Below are positions 1 through 14,071 of a stretch of 64,000 bases of DNA, in pieces. Below the pieces are notes generated by a model. The model searched no databases. It saw only the letters and a list, made by a program, of their open reading frames with translations, and was not told the DNA's origin. Both the position numbers and the translations under genes were made by a program. The DNA is from Octopus vulgaris (Eukaryota), in NCBI GenBank assembly GCA_951406725.2, contig OX597832.1, forward strand, positions 620,001 through 684,000, in the 5' to 3' direction. The number at the start of each line of letters is the position of its first letter. Positions within the stretch are counted from its first letter, which is position 1.

Positions 1-291
1 AAACAGTAACATAAACTTCAACCTAGTTATATAGGACGGCAACTGGCGTGAAACCGAGGTCAACCACACAAGCTCACAAACAGATCAGATTTCAGATTCA
101 AAACAACCTCCCCTCACTTCTCTCTGTACCCTAATTAACAAACAACTAACTGTATTTATGCAACTGCATATGCTCTGTGCAGTAGAAACACGTGTAGGTC
201 GTCGTGACCATAAAAACATGGTGTATGAAATGCAAAAAATAAAAGGAAATAAATTTTGAGGATGTATCAGTCTCCATATTCTCCATCGTCA

Positions 292-336
<45 letters not shown>

Positions 337-338
337 GT

Positions 339-396
<58 letters not shown>

Positions 397-414
397 GCAA
401 ATATAAGCTTAATA

Positions 415-965
415 TTAGGTTGTCAATAAAGTTCTTGCGGAATTTTTAATTTTGGTTTTAAATTATGTATTTTCAAATTAATTTTCGTTAAATTACTTTG
501 ACTTTATATATCATTTTAAAGCCCGTTTTTCGCTCTATCAAATCGTGTTACTCTTTTTTTTTTAATAATTAGGCCATTTTTTCCGGAACGTTGAATACAT
601 GGACAAAAAACAAATTTGCACAATTTTCCTATTCCAGTTCAAGCTAGGCTGAAAAGCTGCTGAAACAGCTTGCGATATCAACGATGCATTTGGCCCAGGA
701 ACCACTAATGAACGTACAGCACAATGGTGGTTCAAGAAATTTCGTAGCGGTGACGAGAGTCTTGAAGACGATAAGCGTAGTGGTCGGCCATCGGCTGTTG
801 ACAACGATCAACTAAGAGACTTAGTCGAGGCCAATTCACGAAGCTAATCCACGCTCGAGAGCTTGCTTCTGAATTAGACGTAACGTATACGACAATTTCC
901 AACCACTTGAAAGAGATTGGAAAAACAAAAATACTTGAGAAATGGGTGCCGCACAAATTGAACGA
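415..965 (+). mobile_element. Mariner transposon 5' half (Hsmar1/cecropia-like), pseudogenised, truncated by a PLE
   Basis: TA followed by TTAGGTTGTCAATAAAGTT TIR-like start. Frame from ATG ~599 reads MDKKQICTIFLFQFKLG*KAAETACDINDAFGPGTTNERTAQWWFKKFRSGDESLEDDKRSGRP, then KWVPHKL (WVPHEL motif). Confidence 0.9.
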
Positions 966-982
966 CAAACCCCCCCCCCCCC

Positions 983-1900
983 ATATTATCATGAGCCTTA
1001 ACACAAGCAAATTTAAACCCTATCACAAACCAAATGGGGAAACCTCGTACATAGACATGGGTCCCAAACACCCACCAGCGATAATTAAACAATTAGCTTA
1101 TAACATTAGCAGGCGCGTATCCAATCTATCCGGCGATAAAGACACTTTTGAAAAGGCTGCCCCATACTATAAACGGTGTTATAGAAAGGCCCAGCTTCAA
1201 GAATAATATAAACTACATCGAACCTAACGTAGATAGACAAAGAAGACGCAGACAAAGGAAAATCTTATGGTTCAACCCAGCTTATAGCGTGAATGCAGCC
1301 ACTAACACAGCTAGAAAATTCTTAAAATTAATAGACAATCACTTCCCATATTCACACAAATACTATAAGATCTTCACTAGAAACACTGTTAAAGTTAGCT
1401 ACAGTTGCCTCCCTTGTGTAGGGTCGATAATCTCCAACCACAATGAAAATAAACCCACCAGGAATACCCCTGGAATACACTGTAAATGTAGATCTCCGAA
1501 CCGCTGTCTTCTAAATAATAGCTGTTTGAAAAAAGAACTTATACACAAGGCCAAAATCATGGATCCCAACGGAGTAGCAAAGACATACATCGGAATGACG
1601 GGCAACTCGTTCAAGGAAAGATACACACGACATCTGGCGTCATTCAGGGACAAAAATGGAAGACATGCGACATCCCTATCCAATATGATATGAAAGAAGG
1701 AAGAGTAAGCAACTCCCCAGATAACGTAGTGCATTATTGCTAAAGCCAGGAAATACAGGAGACAGGGTACCAAATGTGAGTTTTGTATTACTGAAAAACT
1801 AAACATCAACCAGTCAAAAGATAACACCTTAAACATTGGAGATGAAACCTTCTCTCTTTGCACACACAAGCACTGTTTTACACTCTGACATTTCAAAGAG
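983..1900 (+). mobile_element. Naiad-like Penelope-like element, 5'-truncated (RT thumb, linker, GIY-YIG endonuclease), degenerate
   Basis: PYHKPN..YI...KHPPAIIKQL; ILWFNPAYS...FLKLIDNHFP..H.YYKIF.RNTVKVSYSC; CKCR....C; LIHKA...TYIGMTGNSFKERY..H..SF; CEFCITEK. Frameshifts and stops present. Confidence 0.85.
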
Positions 1901-2699
1901 GAATCACCACCCACTCCGCCGATCCTAACAGGATAGTTTATTTCCCTGAACGTGAACATACGAACTCTACACATAGAAGATACATGCCCCACCCCTGATG
2001 AATTCCTTCAATACACAAACATACGAACATTACACATACCCAGAATATAATATAATGCAAACAAATTCATCATCCAGCACAGTTTTTATCCCCAAAAGTC
2101 AAACCCAAGGGAGATAATCACTCAACAGAATATGGCTAAAGTATTGGCACTTAGAGTAGAAGGTCATCAAGTCTTTGCTGAGAATGAGCTTAATTACAAG
2201 AGTTCATAATGAGCTCAATTCCCACAGTGAATTATACAAAGTGCGCAGTAAACGTTGAATTATTTTAGATAAGTTCTTCGTCCCTGAAATTAGAAAGTGA
2301 TGATGATCTGAAGTGCAAAAAATAGTGCCCCTTTCTCCCAATAATTTCCATTACGACCTCTCTTTACACGGTTTCAGCAATTTTTTTACGGAAAATTTCT
2401 GTCGAAACTCATCTCAATTGAAATTCAATGGGAATTCTACATTATGGCAAGATTTTCAAGAATGCATCATTTCGTAATGTGGGGCATTCTTGTGGTAAAC
2501 AACATAATTAATATAGTTATCTATATATTAATCAATATAGTAATCATTACAGCTAGTAAAACTAATTAATATCAATTGCAGCTAGATCTCAAATGGGACA
2601 ATTTCTGCAATGTACTATTTCTTCCTCTGTTGACACACTGACATACACTACTGAGAAAATCATGTTAGGTATTTCAAACTTTAGTACTGAATTTCCACA

Positions 2700-2753
<54 letters not shown>

Positions 2754-2792
2754 TGTGTATGTACATTTACGTTTATTAAATATACCACACCC

Positions 2793-2957
2793 AGTACGTA
2801 GCTAGTGAGGGCGAGGGGGCAATCTGCTATGGGCGACGCTTAAACGAGGGCATCACTTCTGGACCTGCTTTATAACTTATTTAGGTTTCGTAGGCCATGG
2901 GTGGGGGCATCAAAACCAAGGGCTACCCGTCGCGGCACATACTCTAGCTCCGCCACT
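2793..2957. mobile_element. Possible short MITE with degenerate TIRs
   Basis: CAGTACGTAGCTAG ... CTAGCTCCGCCACT imperfect inverted termini around a GC-richer core. Confidence 0.3.
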
Positions 2958-3339
2958 AACTACAACATCATGTGTTGCTATGGTGGTTGGAGGACGGATA
3001 CTTTACAGCAGATATTCATTACCAAAAATTTATTTATTCTCGTCTCAGTTTTCCTCTGATGAAAGATAACTTTTACAGTATGCTACTTTTGGAGTTTTCT
3101 GACGTATGTAAGATTAATGAATTAGAATTTCTCTGATCTGACGCTGCTTGCACAGTTTGACGATTACATGATAATCTGGATAATATTTTCAGTAATTCAT
3201 GTAAATTATGTTTATAATTTATTTGACAAAACAATTTTTCCCAACAAGAGAAGTTTAATATGAATCCTCATAATAATATTTAGATACAATAGGAACAACT
3301 TTGACATTATTTAACACTTTCACACATGAGCATATATCT

Positions 3340-3800
3340 AAGCGTACCACATATCACACACATACACACATTCACGCATACTTAATCATGTATAAACATG
3401 TAGTAACATCGACACACACATTTATAAACTTATGCATGCGAAGCACATAATACGAACATACATAGAAACGTCAGTAGATTTAGAAATAAAAAGAAGTGTG
3501 CGCATGTTAGTGAAGGTGAACGTGTGTGTGTGTGTGTGTGTGTGCATGCAAATGAAACCATGTGTGCACACGGGCGGGCAAATATGTATCCATGTGTGTA
3601 TGCATGTATGTATATATGTGAGTGCACATATGTTCATATGTGTATGTGCATGTGTGTGTTTGTACGCCCGCGCGTGTGCTTGTACGCGCTTGCGTGTTTT
3701 TGCACATGTGTGTGTGCATATATGCATATGTGCGTGTGTGCATATGTGTAAGTGCTTATATGTGGGTGTGCGTGCGTGCGTGTGTATGCATATGCGTGTG
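3340..3800. repeat. (CA/TG)n-derived low-complexity tract
   Basis: Alternating purine-pyrimidine sequence producing spurious HT/CV ORFs. Confidence 0.9.
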
Positions 3801-5342
3801 AAATGACTGAAGAGGCCTTTTACTTTTACCCTTATAATTCCTCAGAAAGTATCCTACCGAGGGAAAGAGAAACTGGAAATGAGAAAGAGATAGAGAGAGA
3901 GAGGCGGGGAGAGAAAGAAAGAATTTGAAGAGGCGTTAAGGATAAGAGGTAACAGAAGCAGCTGAGATCGGTGATTTTTTCCTGGTCTTGTAGACAGTAC
4001 TCTTATCCTTATTACTGCAGTATACTCATGGGTAAACTCACTTGGGGTTGTTTTTCGTTTGGGGCTGTAGTTCTGTGAGAAACACGAAGAGACATGGCTG
4101 ACCGTTTCTGATGAGTCGGGGAAAACATTTCATGCCACAGGTAGTTGGTATAGGACTGGCAGAGCTCTAGCCTGTTAAACTGACTTGAAGTATCAAAAGA
4201 TTGGGAGGTAGTTGTGTAGTGGAAGGTTAGAGTACTGATCAATCTAATGGATGTAGCTACGGTGAACTCACAGAAAATGTTGACATCTGGGGCGAGAACG
4301 ATGTTTTTTTTTTATTCAAACAGCTGATAGGGTTGGTTACAGTAGCGGCATTTAATAAGAGAGGAATAAAGAGAATGAATGATTAGTAAGAATTTGTATT
4401 TATTACATTATGTTTAGGTTTAAATATTTTGAATTCCCAATTCAATGATTATTTCTTTCAATTTATTGCACCTTAGTAATATTGGCAGATTTGTTTTGGT
4501 TGAAGTACTTCGTTAAATGTGTTACGGGGTTACATACGGAAAATATCTTTTTTATCCAATGAAAGGAGCATTCAACTATGAAGTAAATCATTTCAATTAA
4601 CTTTGGTGGTCAGTTATTATAACATGATGAACTGTTTAGAAATTATCTTTTTGAAGAATCTTATGTTTTATCTTGAAGAAATTATTTCAGCCTTCACAAT
4701 TTTCAACGGTGATGAATTTGAGAGGGGAACAACAATAATTGTCGGCGTGTCAATCAGCTAAATCGCTGACATTGACAATGTAATCCGATGTTACTGGGTT
4801 CCACTAAATGGTAAATATTTATTTAAGTCTTGAAATAGATACCAATTAATTGAAAGAATTTAATTTCACATAAAACTAATGTTAACACTAATTAAGTGTG
4901 CTGTGGTGGCGGATTCAACATACAAAAGAAAATTACAGAAATTCAGGCGAGAAGATAATAAATAGAACAAATACGGAAAAAAATAAATACATGAGTAAAT
5001 ATTTAAAGTTTTATGTCGACCTTGATCTCAATATAGAACAATTTCAATGTAAATATGTATAATTCATTATTAGAGACGTAGTTTGCTGATCACTCATAAC
5101 AATTATCTTCATTGTGGATTCAAACTTGTTGACACTTATGACGGCTATCGTATTTTTCATTTAAAACCGGAAATAAAGAATATAAATTTAAATTGACAAC
5201 TACAACTCACTCATTTTTAAAGTTTTACAGTTTCCAGATAGAGTCAACACATAATAAGAAAAGTTAGGTAATTTATCCAAGAAAATATTGCATATTTTGA
5301 GACAAAATCCGATAAAATAAAACTCCTTTTGTGTAAAGTGAT

Positions 5343-6087
5343 TGTAGCAGGAATATTCAGCAATCACTGGATATCACGATTCGCTGTAATGTTACCCACA
5401 TGATCAGTGAAACTGACTCATTTCAACTTTGCCTGGAAAGAATATTACCCACGTGATCAATAATATCTGGCCAATCATAACTTCACGTGAAATAAGCTCC
5501 AGCAACAATATCAACTTTTGGCGCGCCCCTCTCTGAACTTCTCAGTCAGTATAAAAGTCGACACACGCCTCCACAGAGCTTTGGGATGGAGCAGAGAGAG
5601 CATGAGATGACAAAGGATACCTGTATCAGTTCGCCGTGTCTTCTCCCTTGTCATCTCATGCGGCTGAACCAAGCTGACATTCAACATAATGACTATCCAC
5701 AGCATTACAACGACCAGCTGTAACTTTTCGAATGCTGTTTCAATTACATCAAGTACAATGCCATTCAAACTCTCTCAGTATTTGTCGTTTGTAGTAACAA
5801 CAGTATTTGTCATTGCTTGTGTACAAAAAGAAAAAAAGTTTGCTGTCAAAAATCCCAACATATTTCGTCGTTTTCTTGTATGTACAACTGTTGACCACCG
5901 ACGCTAGAAATAACAGTCAGCATTAGGCTAAGTACAAGTAACAGCACCTCCAACATTTTCAAGAGCCAGCTCCCAACTTCAGTTACCACTCAGCCAACAA
6001 TTAACAGTCAGTCTTGTCTCTATACATCACAACAGTTAGTACACAGACTCAGCAGCTAGCTCCTCGTACATCTGGTGATCCCAGCCC
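5343..6087 (+). mobile_element. Putative LTR-retrotransposon LTR with primer-binding site
   Basis: TGTA at 5343 and TACA at 6067-6070, TATAAAA at ~5551, and TGGTGATCCC (PBS-like) 2 nt after the end. No internal ORF follows. Confidence 0.4.
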
Positions 6088-6194
6088 CTGCACAAGCAAT
6101 ACGATAAATATTGGTAATATTATGGTTTAATAAGTGTAGATTGAAAAGTGAGCAAGTTACATGGTCAAAACTTACTGCATTATTGTTGCATCTT

Positions 6195-6425
6195 CTTTTT
6201 ATCTTTTCTTGTTTCAGTCATTAGACTGCGGCCATGTTGGGACACCACCTTGAAAGGTATACATACATACGTACGAACGTATTTCTCGAGCTTCTTCCAG
6301 TTTCTGTCTACCAAATCCAATCACAAGGGTTTAGACACCATGAGGCTATAGTATAAGACATTTTCTCGGGATACCACGCAGTGGGAGTGAACCCATGTGA
6401 TTGAGAAGCAAACTTCTCACGACGT
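6195..6425 (-). mobile_element. SINE family A, deleted and degenerate copy
   Basis: Reverse complement of the family A tail (6195-6255) and head/central part (6285-6425). Confidence 0.75.
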
Positions 6426-6495
6426 GTGCGCCTATATAGGGAGATATGAAAGAAATAACATATTAAAGAGTAATATGTATACATAAGACAAAGAG

Positions 6496-6912
6496 AGGCG
6501 CAGGAGTGGCTGTGTGGTAAGTAGCTTGCTAACCAACCACATGGTTCCGGGTTCAGTCCCACTGCGTGGCACCTTGGGCAAGTGTCTTCTGCTATAGCCC
6601 CGGGCCGACCAATGCCTTGTGAGTGGATTTGGTAGACCGAAACTAAAAGAAGCCTGTCGTATATATGTATATATATATGTGTGTGTATATGTGTTTGTGT
6701 GTCTGTGTTTGTCCCCCTAGCATTGCTTGACAACCGATGCTGGTGTGTTTACGTCCCCGTCACTTAGCGGTTCGGTAAAAGAGACCGATAGAATAAGTAC
6801 TGGGCTTACAAAGAATCAGTCCCGGGGTCGATTTGCTCGACTAAAGGCAGTGCTCCAGCATGGCCGCAGTCAAATGACTGAAACAAGTAAAAGAGTAAAA
6901 GAGTTAAAAGAG
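6496..6912 (+). mobile_element. tRNA-derived SINE family A, full length
   Basis: Head with A-box TGGCTGTGTGG and B-box GGTTCAGTCCC, internal (TA/TG)n, 3' GGCAGTGCTCCAGCATGGCCGCAGTCAAATGACTGAAAC and (GTAAAAGA)n tail. Several further copies occur in the window. Confidence 0.9.
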
Positions 6913-7041
6913 TCAATAAACAAAATTTTTAGAGAGAAGTTTTTGTGCAAAGCAGTAGAAATATAATCGCATGAAACAAATAAACTTCGGAAGGAAAAAT
7001 AAAGAAACTTCGACAAAAAAAAAAAACTATCATATATTATA

Positions 7042-8275
7042 CAAGGAGTGTTCATTAAAGATTTCCCCTGATCTACTTCCCAAGGATTGAGATAAACGAA
7101 ACTTGACACAGTTATTAGTCCTCTACATAGCCAATGGTGACACACTTCTCCAATCGCTTTATGCAGCTGTGAAGACCTTGTCTATAGAAGCCGGTCAATT
7201 GTGTCTGGAGCCATGACTTTACCTCTGAAATAAGTTCAACATCTTCCCCTTCAAAAAATACTTCATGGTTGGAAAAAGGTGTAAGTCAGATAGTGCGAGG
7301 ACGGGAGAGTAAGGAGGATGAGGAAGGATTTCATAGCCGCAGGAGTATGCTTTCATCTGGGCAAAATGCACATTGTGAACTGAGGCATTGTCTTGGAGGA
7401 AGTGGACTCCTTTGGTCAACATGCCACGCCTCTCTGCTTTGATGGCGTCCCACAATTTCTGCCCTTTCCCAGAAAATCCATCGTCACTACTCCGCGCTGG
7501 TCCCAAAAGACTGAGCATAACTTTGCCTGCTGAGGGTGGGACACGAGCCTTCTTTGGAGGTGGTGAGTTATCATGCTTCCAGGGCTTCGATTGAACTTTA
7601 GTCACAGGATCATAGTGATGGACCCATGTTTCATCCTGTGTGATAAGTCTGCCGAAAAGCCCTCCTTGTTTTCTTGGCACATTGCCAAAAGAGCATGGGA
7701 ACAATTGATTCGTTCCTGCTTCTGAAAGGATGTGAGCATCCAGAGAATCCATCGTGCATACTACTTCCATATGTGCAAATGGTCGTAAATGATTTTTTTC
7801 TGCGGATTCTACATTTATCTTCACTTCTTGGGCTTGCTGCTGAATAGTTATGCAGCGATCCTCCAAAATGGTGGCTTCCAATTTATGAGTAGTATTGTCG
7901 TCAATGACGGAATGTGGTCATCTAGGAATAGGAGCAGTTTTCACCGATGTCCAACCACATTTGAACTGGCGATGCTAGTGCTTGACTACGTCGAATGATG
8001 GTGCATCGTCATCATATACTTCTTTTAATTCATCAAAAGTCTATTTTGCTGTACGACCTTTCAAGTATAAGAACCTGATCACTGAGCTGCATTCAACTGC
8101 CTCCATTATAACACCTTAGTCCACTTCAGCAACCGTAAAAGACAAACGAATACAAGTAGAAAACTGCAATTTACAATGTAATATGTAGAGACATGTATGA
8201 CTATACCTGTTCAAGTTCTGTTTCCTGCAATACCCGGAAGTGGGTCAAAGGAAATATTTAATGAACACCCCGCGT
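7042..8275 (-). mobile_element. Mariner transposon, near full length, degenerate DDD transposase
   Basis: Imperfect TIRs CAAGGAGTGTTCATTAAAGATTTCC / GGAAATATTTAATGAACACCCCGCG with TA flanks. ORF 7219-7881 contains ITQDETWVHHYDP, FLQDNASVH, HPPYSPVLALSDLHLF. Confidence 0.92.
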
Positions 8276-9765
8276 GTATAAAAGTTCAGTTTTATGTCTG
8301 TACAAATATGCATTCGTTACCGAAACCTTTATGGGTTTCCCTATGCATTCTGTCACCAGATAAAAGTGATATAGTTTTAATCTCCAGAATGTTATAAAAT
8401 ATGTCCATTTCTTAGTACGCACAGTCAATTAGTGATTCTTATTTTATTTACATTTCCATTGCTTTCAATATCAAAGGGAAAATAGTTTCGTGTAATATGT
8501 CAGCCAATATACAATCTATGATATTAAAATTTTAAGTCTACGATTTTATTGATTTAAATAGATTATGATAGCCAAAAATCTACCAACATTGGTCCAACTA
8601 TTTCTTGGTCAGTTCCACAGTCGTTCTCTCTAACTTATGTTCCCTTAAAACTATATTTAACACGTATCAGTCATCCATGACAGTGGGTGAATAAGATTTT
8701 TCAGGTCAACATTCACTATCTCATGACCATTTTCATGCTTTTTAGCTAATTCAATTCTTAATTAAATTAAATGTGGAACTAAATTTTGAGCTGCTGTATA
8801 AGAAAATTGGTTGGTAAAAAAGTTACAATAAAATAAGGATATTCAAACATGGGTGAGTAATGCAAAGATGCAACTTCTAAGCAGTATACGTTCACCAAAG
8901 TGCACAAAATTTAATTTTACTGCCTCAGACTCAACATAAAACATTGGCTATGACCTCCATTAAGCATTCACATGAGAGGGGAATTTAGGGGGGATGAGTG
9001 ATTCTTCAAATTTTTACCAAATTACCATCATGAAGTTTTCCCTAGTTTTCCCCCTTAATCATTCTCTTACTTTTTATCACCTATCCAACTCCAAAGACAT
9101 GTTATTTAATCTATTTCTACTTTGTCCTGTACTTTTGAACTTTTCCAGGTTCAGTAAAAAATATTACTCCTGTGCCCATTTTCCTGTTAGTGACATTTAT
9201 ACCAGCAGGTGTTGATGAAGCAAAGGTTTCTGACAAGAGTCATTCAAACTTCAACAGAGAAATTCAACTCTGCAAGGAGAGTAATAAAACAATAAAGATA
9301 CCCAGGCATGGGCGCTGTTATGTATTCTATTGGTATTAACGGTCAATAAAGGAATACCTAAGTATATTTATTCTCTGATGATGCTTGACATTAATATTTA
9401 ACTATCTAAACATTTTTGCCAACAGATTTTCCATCACATGCACACATGTACACATACGTACACATACACACGTACGAAAATACACACGCGCAAAAAAAAA
9501 ACATACATATAGACTCACTGGGAATGTATGAGTGTGTGCGTATGAGTGTGTGAGCGATGAGAAAGTTCGTAAACAAGTGTGCGTACGTAGAGGACACACA
9601 AACATGTCTTCTTGAGTGTTTGGTGATAAAACATCAGTATAATGGACTGTTAACTATAACACTTCAAATTTGTATTGTTTATTGCACTCTCTGTACAACC
9701 TAGCATTGAAAAGTTTAAATATATTTTAGGTTGTAATAAAAAAAATCCCTGCATTCATTCGTCCA

Positions 9766-9804
<39 letters not shown>

Positions 9805-9914
9805 ATTATATATATATATATATATATATATGGTATCTTTATATAAGCTTATGGCGATGACCGTGCAATGACTAAGGAAAATAGTCTAATAAAGGGGCAT
9901 ATAAGCCCTAAAGC

Positions 9915-9969
<55 letters not shown>

Positions 9970-10071
9970 TACTTAAGTTGAGGCACCAGAATTTAGTACG
10001 GTATTATCAATGCAATTTCAAAGTAAGGTGATTAAAATCAAAATAATCAACAAGGATATCCAGAGATAATC

Positions 10072-10154
10072 CAGTTCGAACGTTTCATGCAACTCCATTT
10101 AATTGAACAATGCAATCATTATATCAATTTAAAATGCAGAGCAATCTTCAGCTG
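10072..10154 (-). ncRNA. Degenerate type-I hammerhead in a PLE-like pLTR
   Basis: Minus strand: CAG-CTGAAGA-TTGCTC...GAGTTGCAT-GAAA-CGTTCG-AA-CTG. The U of the cleavage triplet is mutated. Confidence 0.5.
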
Positions 10155-10744
10155 TACAAAGACATAGTATTTAATTAAATTAGAACTGATGGACACCTTA
10201 CTATAATTATACCTAAAATCTCCAAGAAGTTAAGGAGATAGACAAAAAAAACATGCTGTCTCACTCCAGCATAGAAAGTTACTAAGTTTTCAAGAAGATA
10301 TACATTGTTACAGACTCTGCCTCTCACTGATATTGTTTTGTTCTTATAGGGTCAGTTTTAATTTATAGACTAGTTTATCAAATGCCATGTATATCTAAGG
10401 CTAAGAGAACAGAGAGCAGTATCTGTTAGGGGTAGGGCTGAGGGAGCAGACAGACATCATAGTTGGAATAGTCATAAAAATCAAGATTTATTAGAAGCAA
10501 TATCATGAGGTTTGGTGAAGAAAACTTAAAACAAGATGTTAGCTGACAATTAAAGGGGTCTCCTACTAGCAGACGATTGATAATGAAACAGAGGAAATAT
10601 TATCATGTAGTACTATAGTTAAATATTTTAAACAATGTTGCTATATTGTATACAGTTGAAGTTTAGGGTCATTCAGAGGTTTTTAAGAAGAATATTATAA
10701 CAAAAGGATAGAAATTTATGAATACTTTTGAGTATATACCAAAC

Positions 10745-12400
10745 TTTTACCATAATAGAGTGAGGAAAAGACTTTCTCCAAGTCCACAACAGAGGGAGGA
10801 AAAGGCTTTCTCCAAGTCCACAAAAGCTAAGTATAGGGGTTTATCTTTGGCTAGGTATTTCTCCTGAAGTTGTAGAACCAGGAATATGGCATAAGTGATG
10901 CTTCTACCCGGTACAAAACCGAAATGCATCTCATCTAAGCAAACTCTCTCCCTAATGAGATGGGCTACGATCCTCTCTGTGACCTTCATCACATTGCCCA
11001 GCAGTTTGATACCCTTGTAGTTATTTCTATCTAGAGCATCACCTTTACCTTGTAGCATTTCTCTCATGTGACATCACAATTTTCTCTCACACACTGTCTT
11101 GTAATCCGAAATACCTCAGTTCTTTGGTCCTCACGTCACTGGACATTGGCAAACTTCTTTTCTGCTTCGTCCTTGGCTATGTATACCTGCCGCCCAGCCT
11201 CCCTTTTTGCTACCTGGTACGGTTCCCTGCTACTCCCACCCTTCCATGCTTTCCAGGTCTGTTTCTTTGCTCTGATGGCTTTGTCTACCGTATTATTCCA
11301 CGACCACGTAACTCTAGGTCTGGAAGGGACTTTGCACCATCTGCAGACTTGGTCTGTGGCACTCAGTATGCTGTCCCGTAGGAATTTCCAGCTACCTTCT
11401 ATGTCCGAAGTCTGTAACTCCTCCTCCCTCTCATCAAATTTCTTGACCATGTGAAGGGTTCTTTAGCTTCCAAATCCTTCTTTTTTGGATTGGTCTGCTT
11501 CTTTTATCCTTCTCATCTCGAACCTAAAGTCACTAATGACTAGCCTATGCTGGGGGGTACATTCTGTTGTGGGGTACATCCTATGCTGAGGAGTACATTC
11601 TGTGGGAGCTACATCCTGTTGTGGGTCTTTGTAGTTAAGAGCAACCCTGCGTTCCGCTGTCTGGTGAGGATGAAATCAATCTGGCTACCAGAGTCCCCTG
11701 ATTGATAGGTTATCAGGTGGCTGTCTGGCTTCCTAAAGTTAGTGTTACAGATTAAAAGGTTACATGCATCACAGAACTCCAGTAGCCTAGTTTCCTCATC
11801 GTTCCGGGCGCCAATACCATGGTCCCCGTGTACCCCAGTGAAGATACCAGATTCCCGCCCAACATCCCCATTAAAATCTCCAGCCACAAAGATGAGGTCA
11901 TTGCCACTCGTCTTTGAGGTAGCCTATAGAAGGGTATCATAAAAGTGGTCCTTCTGATCATTTGGTAGCCCCACATATGGGGTGTAGGCGGAGATAATTG
12001 TAGCTGTACTGATCTGCAGGACTAGCCTGAGCTTAAGCACTCTATCGCATACCCTAACAACTTCTATGACTTTATCCACCCATTTCTCTGCAAGTTGTAT
12101 GACTATATCCCCTACACCATCCATGTTACCTTGCCAGAAGACTTTATACCTATGTGCCTTGCCTGTGAGGACCCTAGCTGAAGCTCCTCTCTATCTTACC
12201 TCTTGTATGCAGCATATATCAACCCGTCTCCTTTCAAGCATCTCTACAATCTCACTAGACCTACCTTTCAGTTTGCCAACATTGACAGTACCAACTTTGA
12301 AAACTGGGAAGGAAATGTGGGGTGATGTTTGGGGAGGAGAGATGTTATTCAGCGCCTGAAAAGAAGAGGAAGGTTGTTTAGGCATGCTTCATCTGTTCTC
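10745..12400 (-). mobile_element. RTE-clade LINE relic (APE endonuclease and N-terminal RT) with internal deletions
   Basis: FKVGTVNVGKLKGRSSEIVEMLERRRVDICCIQEVR; AGDFNGDVG; SQIDFILT; NYKGIKLL; FGFVPGRSITYAIF; LAFVDLEKAF. Confidence 0.9.
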
Positions 12401-12489
12401 TCCGACCTGACAACATTCAAGCATGTTAAAATTGTTGCCTCTACTGGAGGTAGGAGCCGGTGTTAGCAGCGTTGTAAGTATAAGCATTA

Positions 12490-14071
12490 TGGTCATCGAA
12501 TGATGTATATTTAAGTGGTGTAGCAAAAATATGGGTATTCCAATGTTAGGTTATGTGGGAGTCAGTTAAAACTTGCATTTGTCAAGGAAGAGGGGGATTG
12601 TTAGGTATAGTTGAGGGTACCACCAGTAGGGAAGGGTTTAGACACAGAGAGAGGAAACAAGCTCATTCCTACATACACACATGCACACCCACACACAGGA
12701 TCAAGCACACATGGGCAGCCGAATAACTTACCCCTTCACGGTAGTTGTTGGCATGTTTCTAGACAGAATGAAAGTGAAACGAAAGATAGCCGGTTAAGTA
12801 GGTAGGCAGATAACCTGGATGAGTTTGTCCTAGTAGAAAGATAGAGAAGGAGAGGGAGAGAGATGGTCATCGAATGATGTTGATTTAAGCGATGTAGAAA
12901 AAATGTGGATATTCCAATGTTAGGTTAGGAGGGAGTCAGCTAAAACTGCTTGCGTTTGTCCAGGAAGAAGGGGATTGCAGGTATGATGGAGGGTACCACC
13001 AGTGGGGAAGGGTTCAGACAGAGAGAGAGAGAAGAAACAAGCTCCTTTCTACATACACACAGGGACAGCCGAATAGCTTTCTCCTTCATTTGATAAGGCC
13101 AAGGAAATTTCCTTGGTAGTTGTTGGCATGTTTCTAGACAGAATGAAAATGAAACAAAAGCTGGTTGTGTTTGTCCCAGTAGAGAGATAGAGAAAGAGAG
13201 GGAGAGAGATAGAGAAAGAGAGAGTGCAGGTAATATAGGGAACAAGCACCAGTGGGGAGGAGGAATTGGGAGAAGGGATATCTGGTAGTGGTGGTGACAA
13301 ATTTCTAGACAGAACGAAACGCAAGATAGCCGGTTAAGTGGGTGGGTGGATGAGCAGCTGGGCTGGTTGCATTTGTCCTAGGAGAGAAAGAAGTGCAGGT
13401 AATAAATAGATAACAGGCCAGCAAGAAGGAGGGGTTGGGAGAATAGTCACAGATAATGGTGGTGGAAGAATGGATATCCGGTGTAGATGGTGGGAAGATA
13501 GAGACATCCGGTATTGGTGGTGGAAAGATAGAGATATCCGGTATTGGCGGTGGGAAGATAGAGATATCCGGTTTTGGTGGGGGGGGGGTAGAGGGGGCGC
13601 ACCGCGAACAAGCAAGTTTAGTTTGGGGACAGAGGGACGAAAATAATGGTAATAAGAATGAGATCAAACAGACCGAGAAACGAGTAATTATCTTAACGAA
13701 ATTACATGAGAGATAGAATTATATTTTTTTGAGGGGACATTTTCAATGGTTAGCTCATGAAAACAAGCTGTTAGTAAATAATACATTTAAAGTGTTAATG
13801 GCGAATGAAGTACGAAGGAACGGGAAAGAAAGAGAAAATCTTAGCTTAGCATCGCAACATCTTTTGGCGAAGGAATGGAATGGAAACACATGAGACGAGG
13901 TTTTTTAAACAGATAAACTGCAACCGGAAGCGAGTTTAGTTTGGGGACAGAGGGACGAAAATAATGGTAATAAGAATGAGATTGAACAGACCAAGAAACG
14001 AGTAATTATCTTAACGAAATTACATGAGAGGTAAAATTATATTTTTTGAGGGGACATTTACAATGGTTAGC
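12490..14071. repeat. Duplicated blocks upstream of the RTE: diverged ~375-bp units, a 30-bp minisatellite (13470-13580) and a ~140-bp direct repeat (13613-13752 / 13932-14071)
   Basis: ATGGTCATCGAATGATGT at ~12489 and ~12862; GGTGGAAAGATAGAGATATCCGGTATT units; AGTTTAGTTTGGGGACAGAGGGACG...CAATGGTTAGCT twice. Confidence 0.8.

Noticed and set aside
40-70. GAAA-CCGAGG-TC half motif
   Set aside because: No recognisable 5' core upstream within the window.
1688-1890. TGA codons in the first Naiad-like element as selenocysteine
   Set aside because: They fall at Trp or other non-Cys positions, consistent with ordinary decay.
1990-2030. CTGATGA after the first Naiad-like ORF (also at ~3056 and ~9376)
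   Set aside because: No matching stem II/GAAA/stem III found, so not called as hammerheads.
6496-6570. tRNA genes (also 35711, 50836, 25950)
   Set aside because: A and B boxes are present but there is no full cloverleaf; these are SINE heads.
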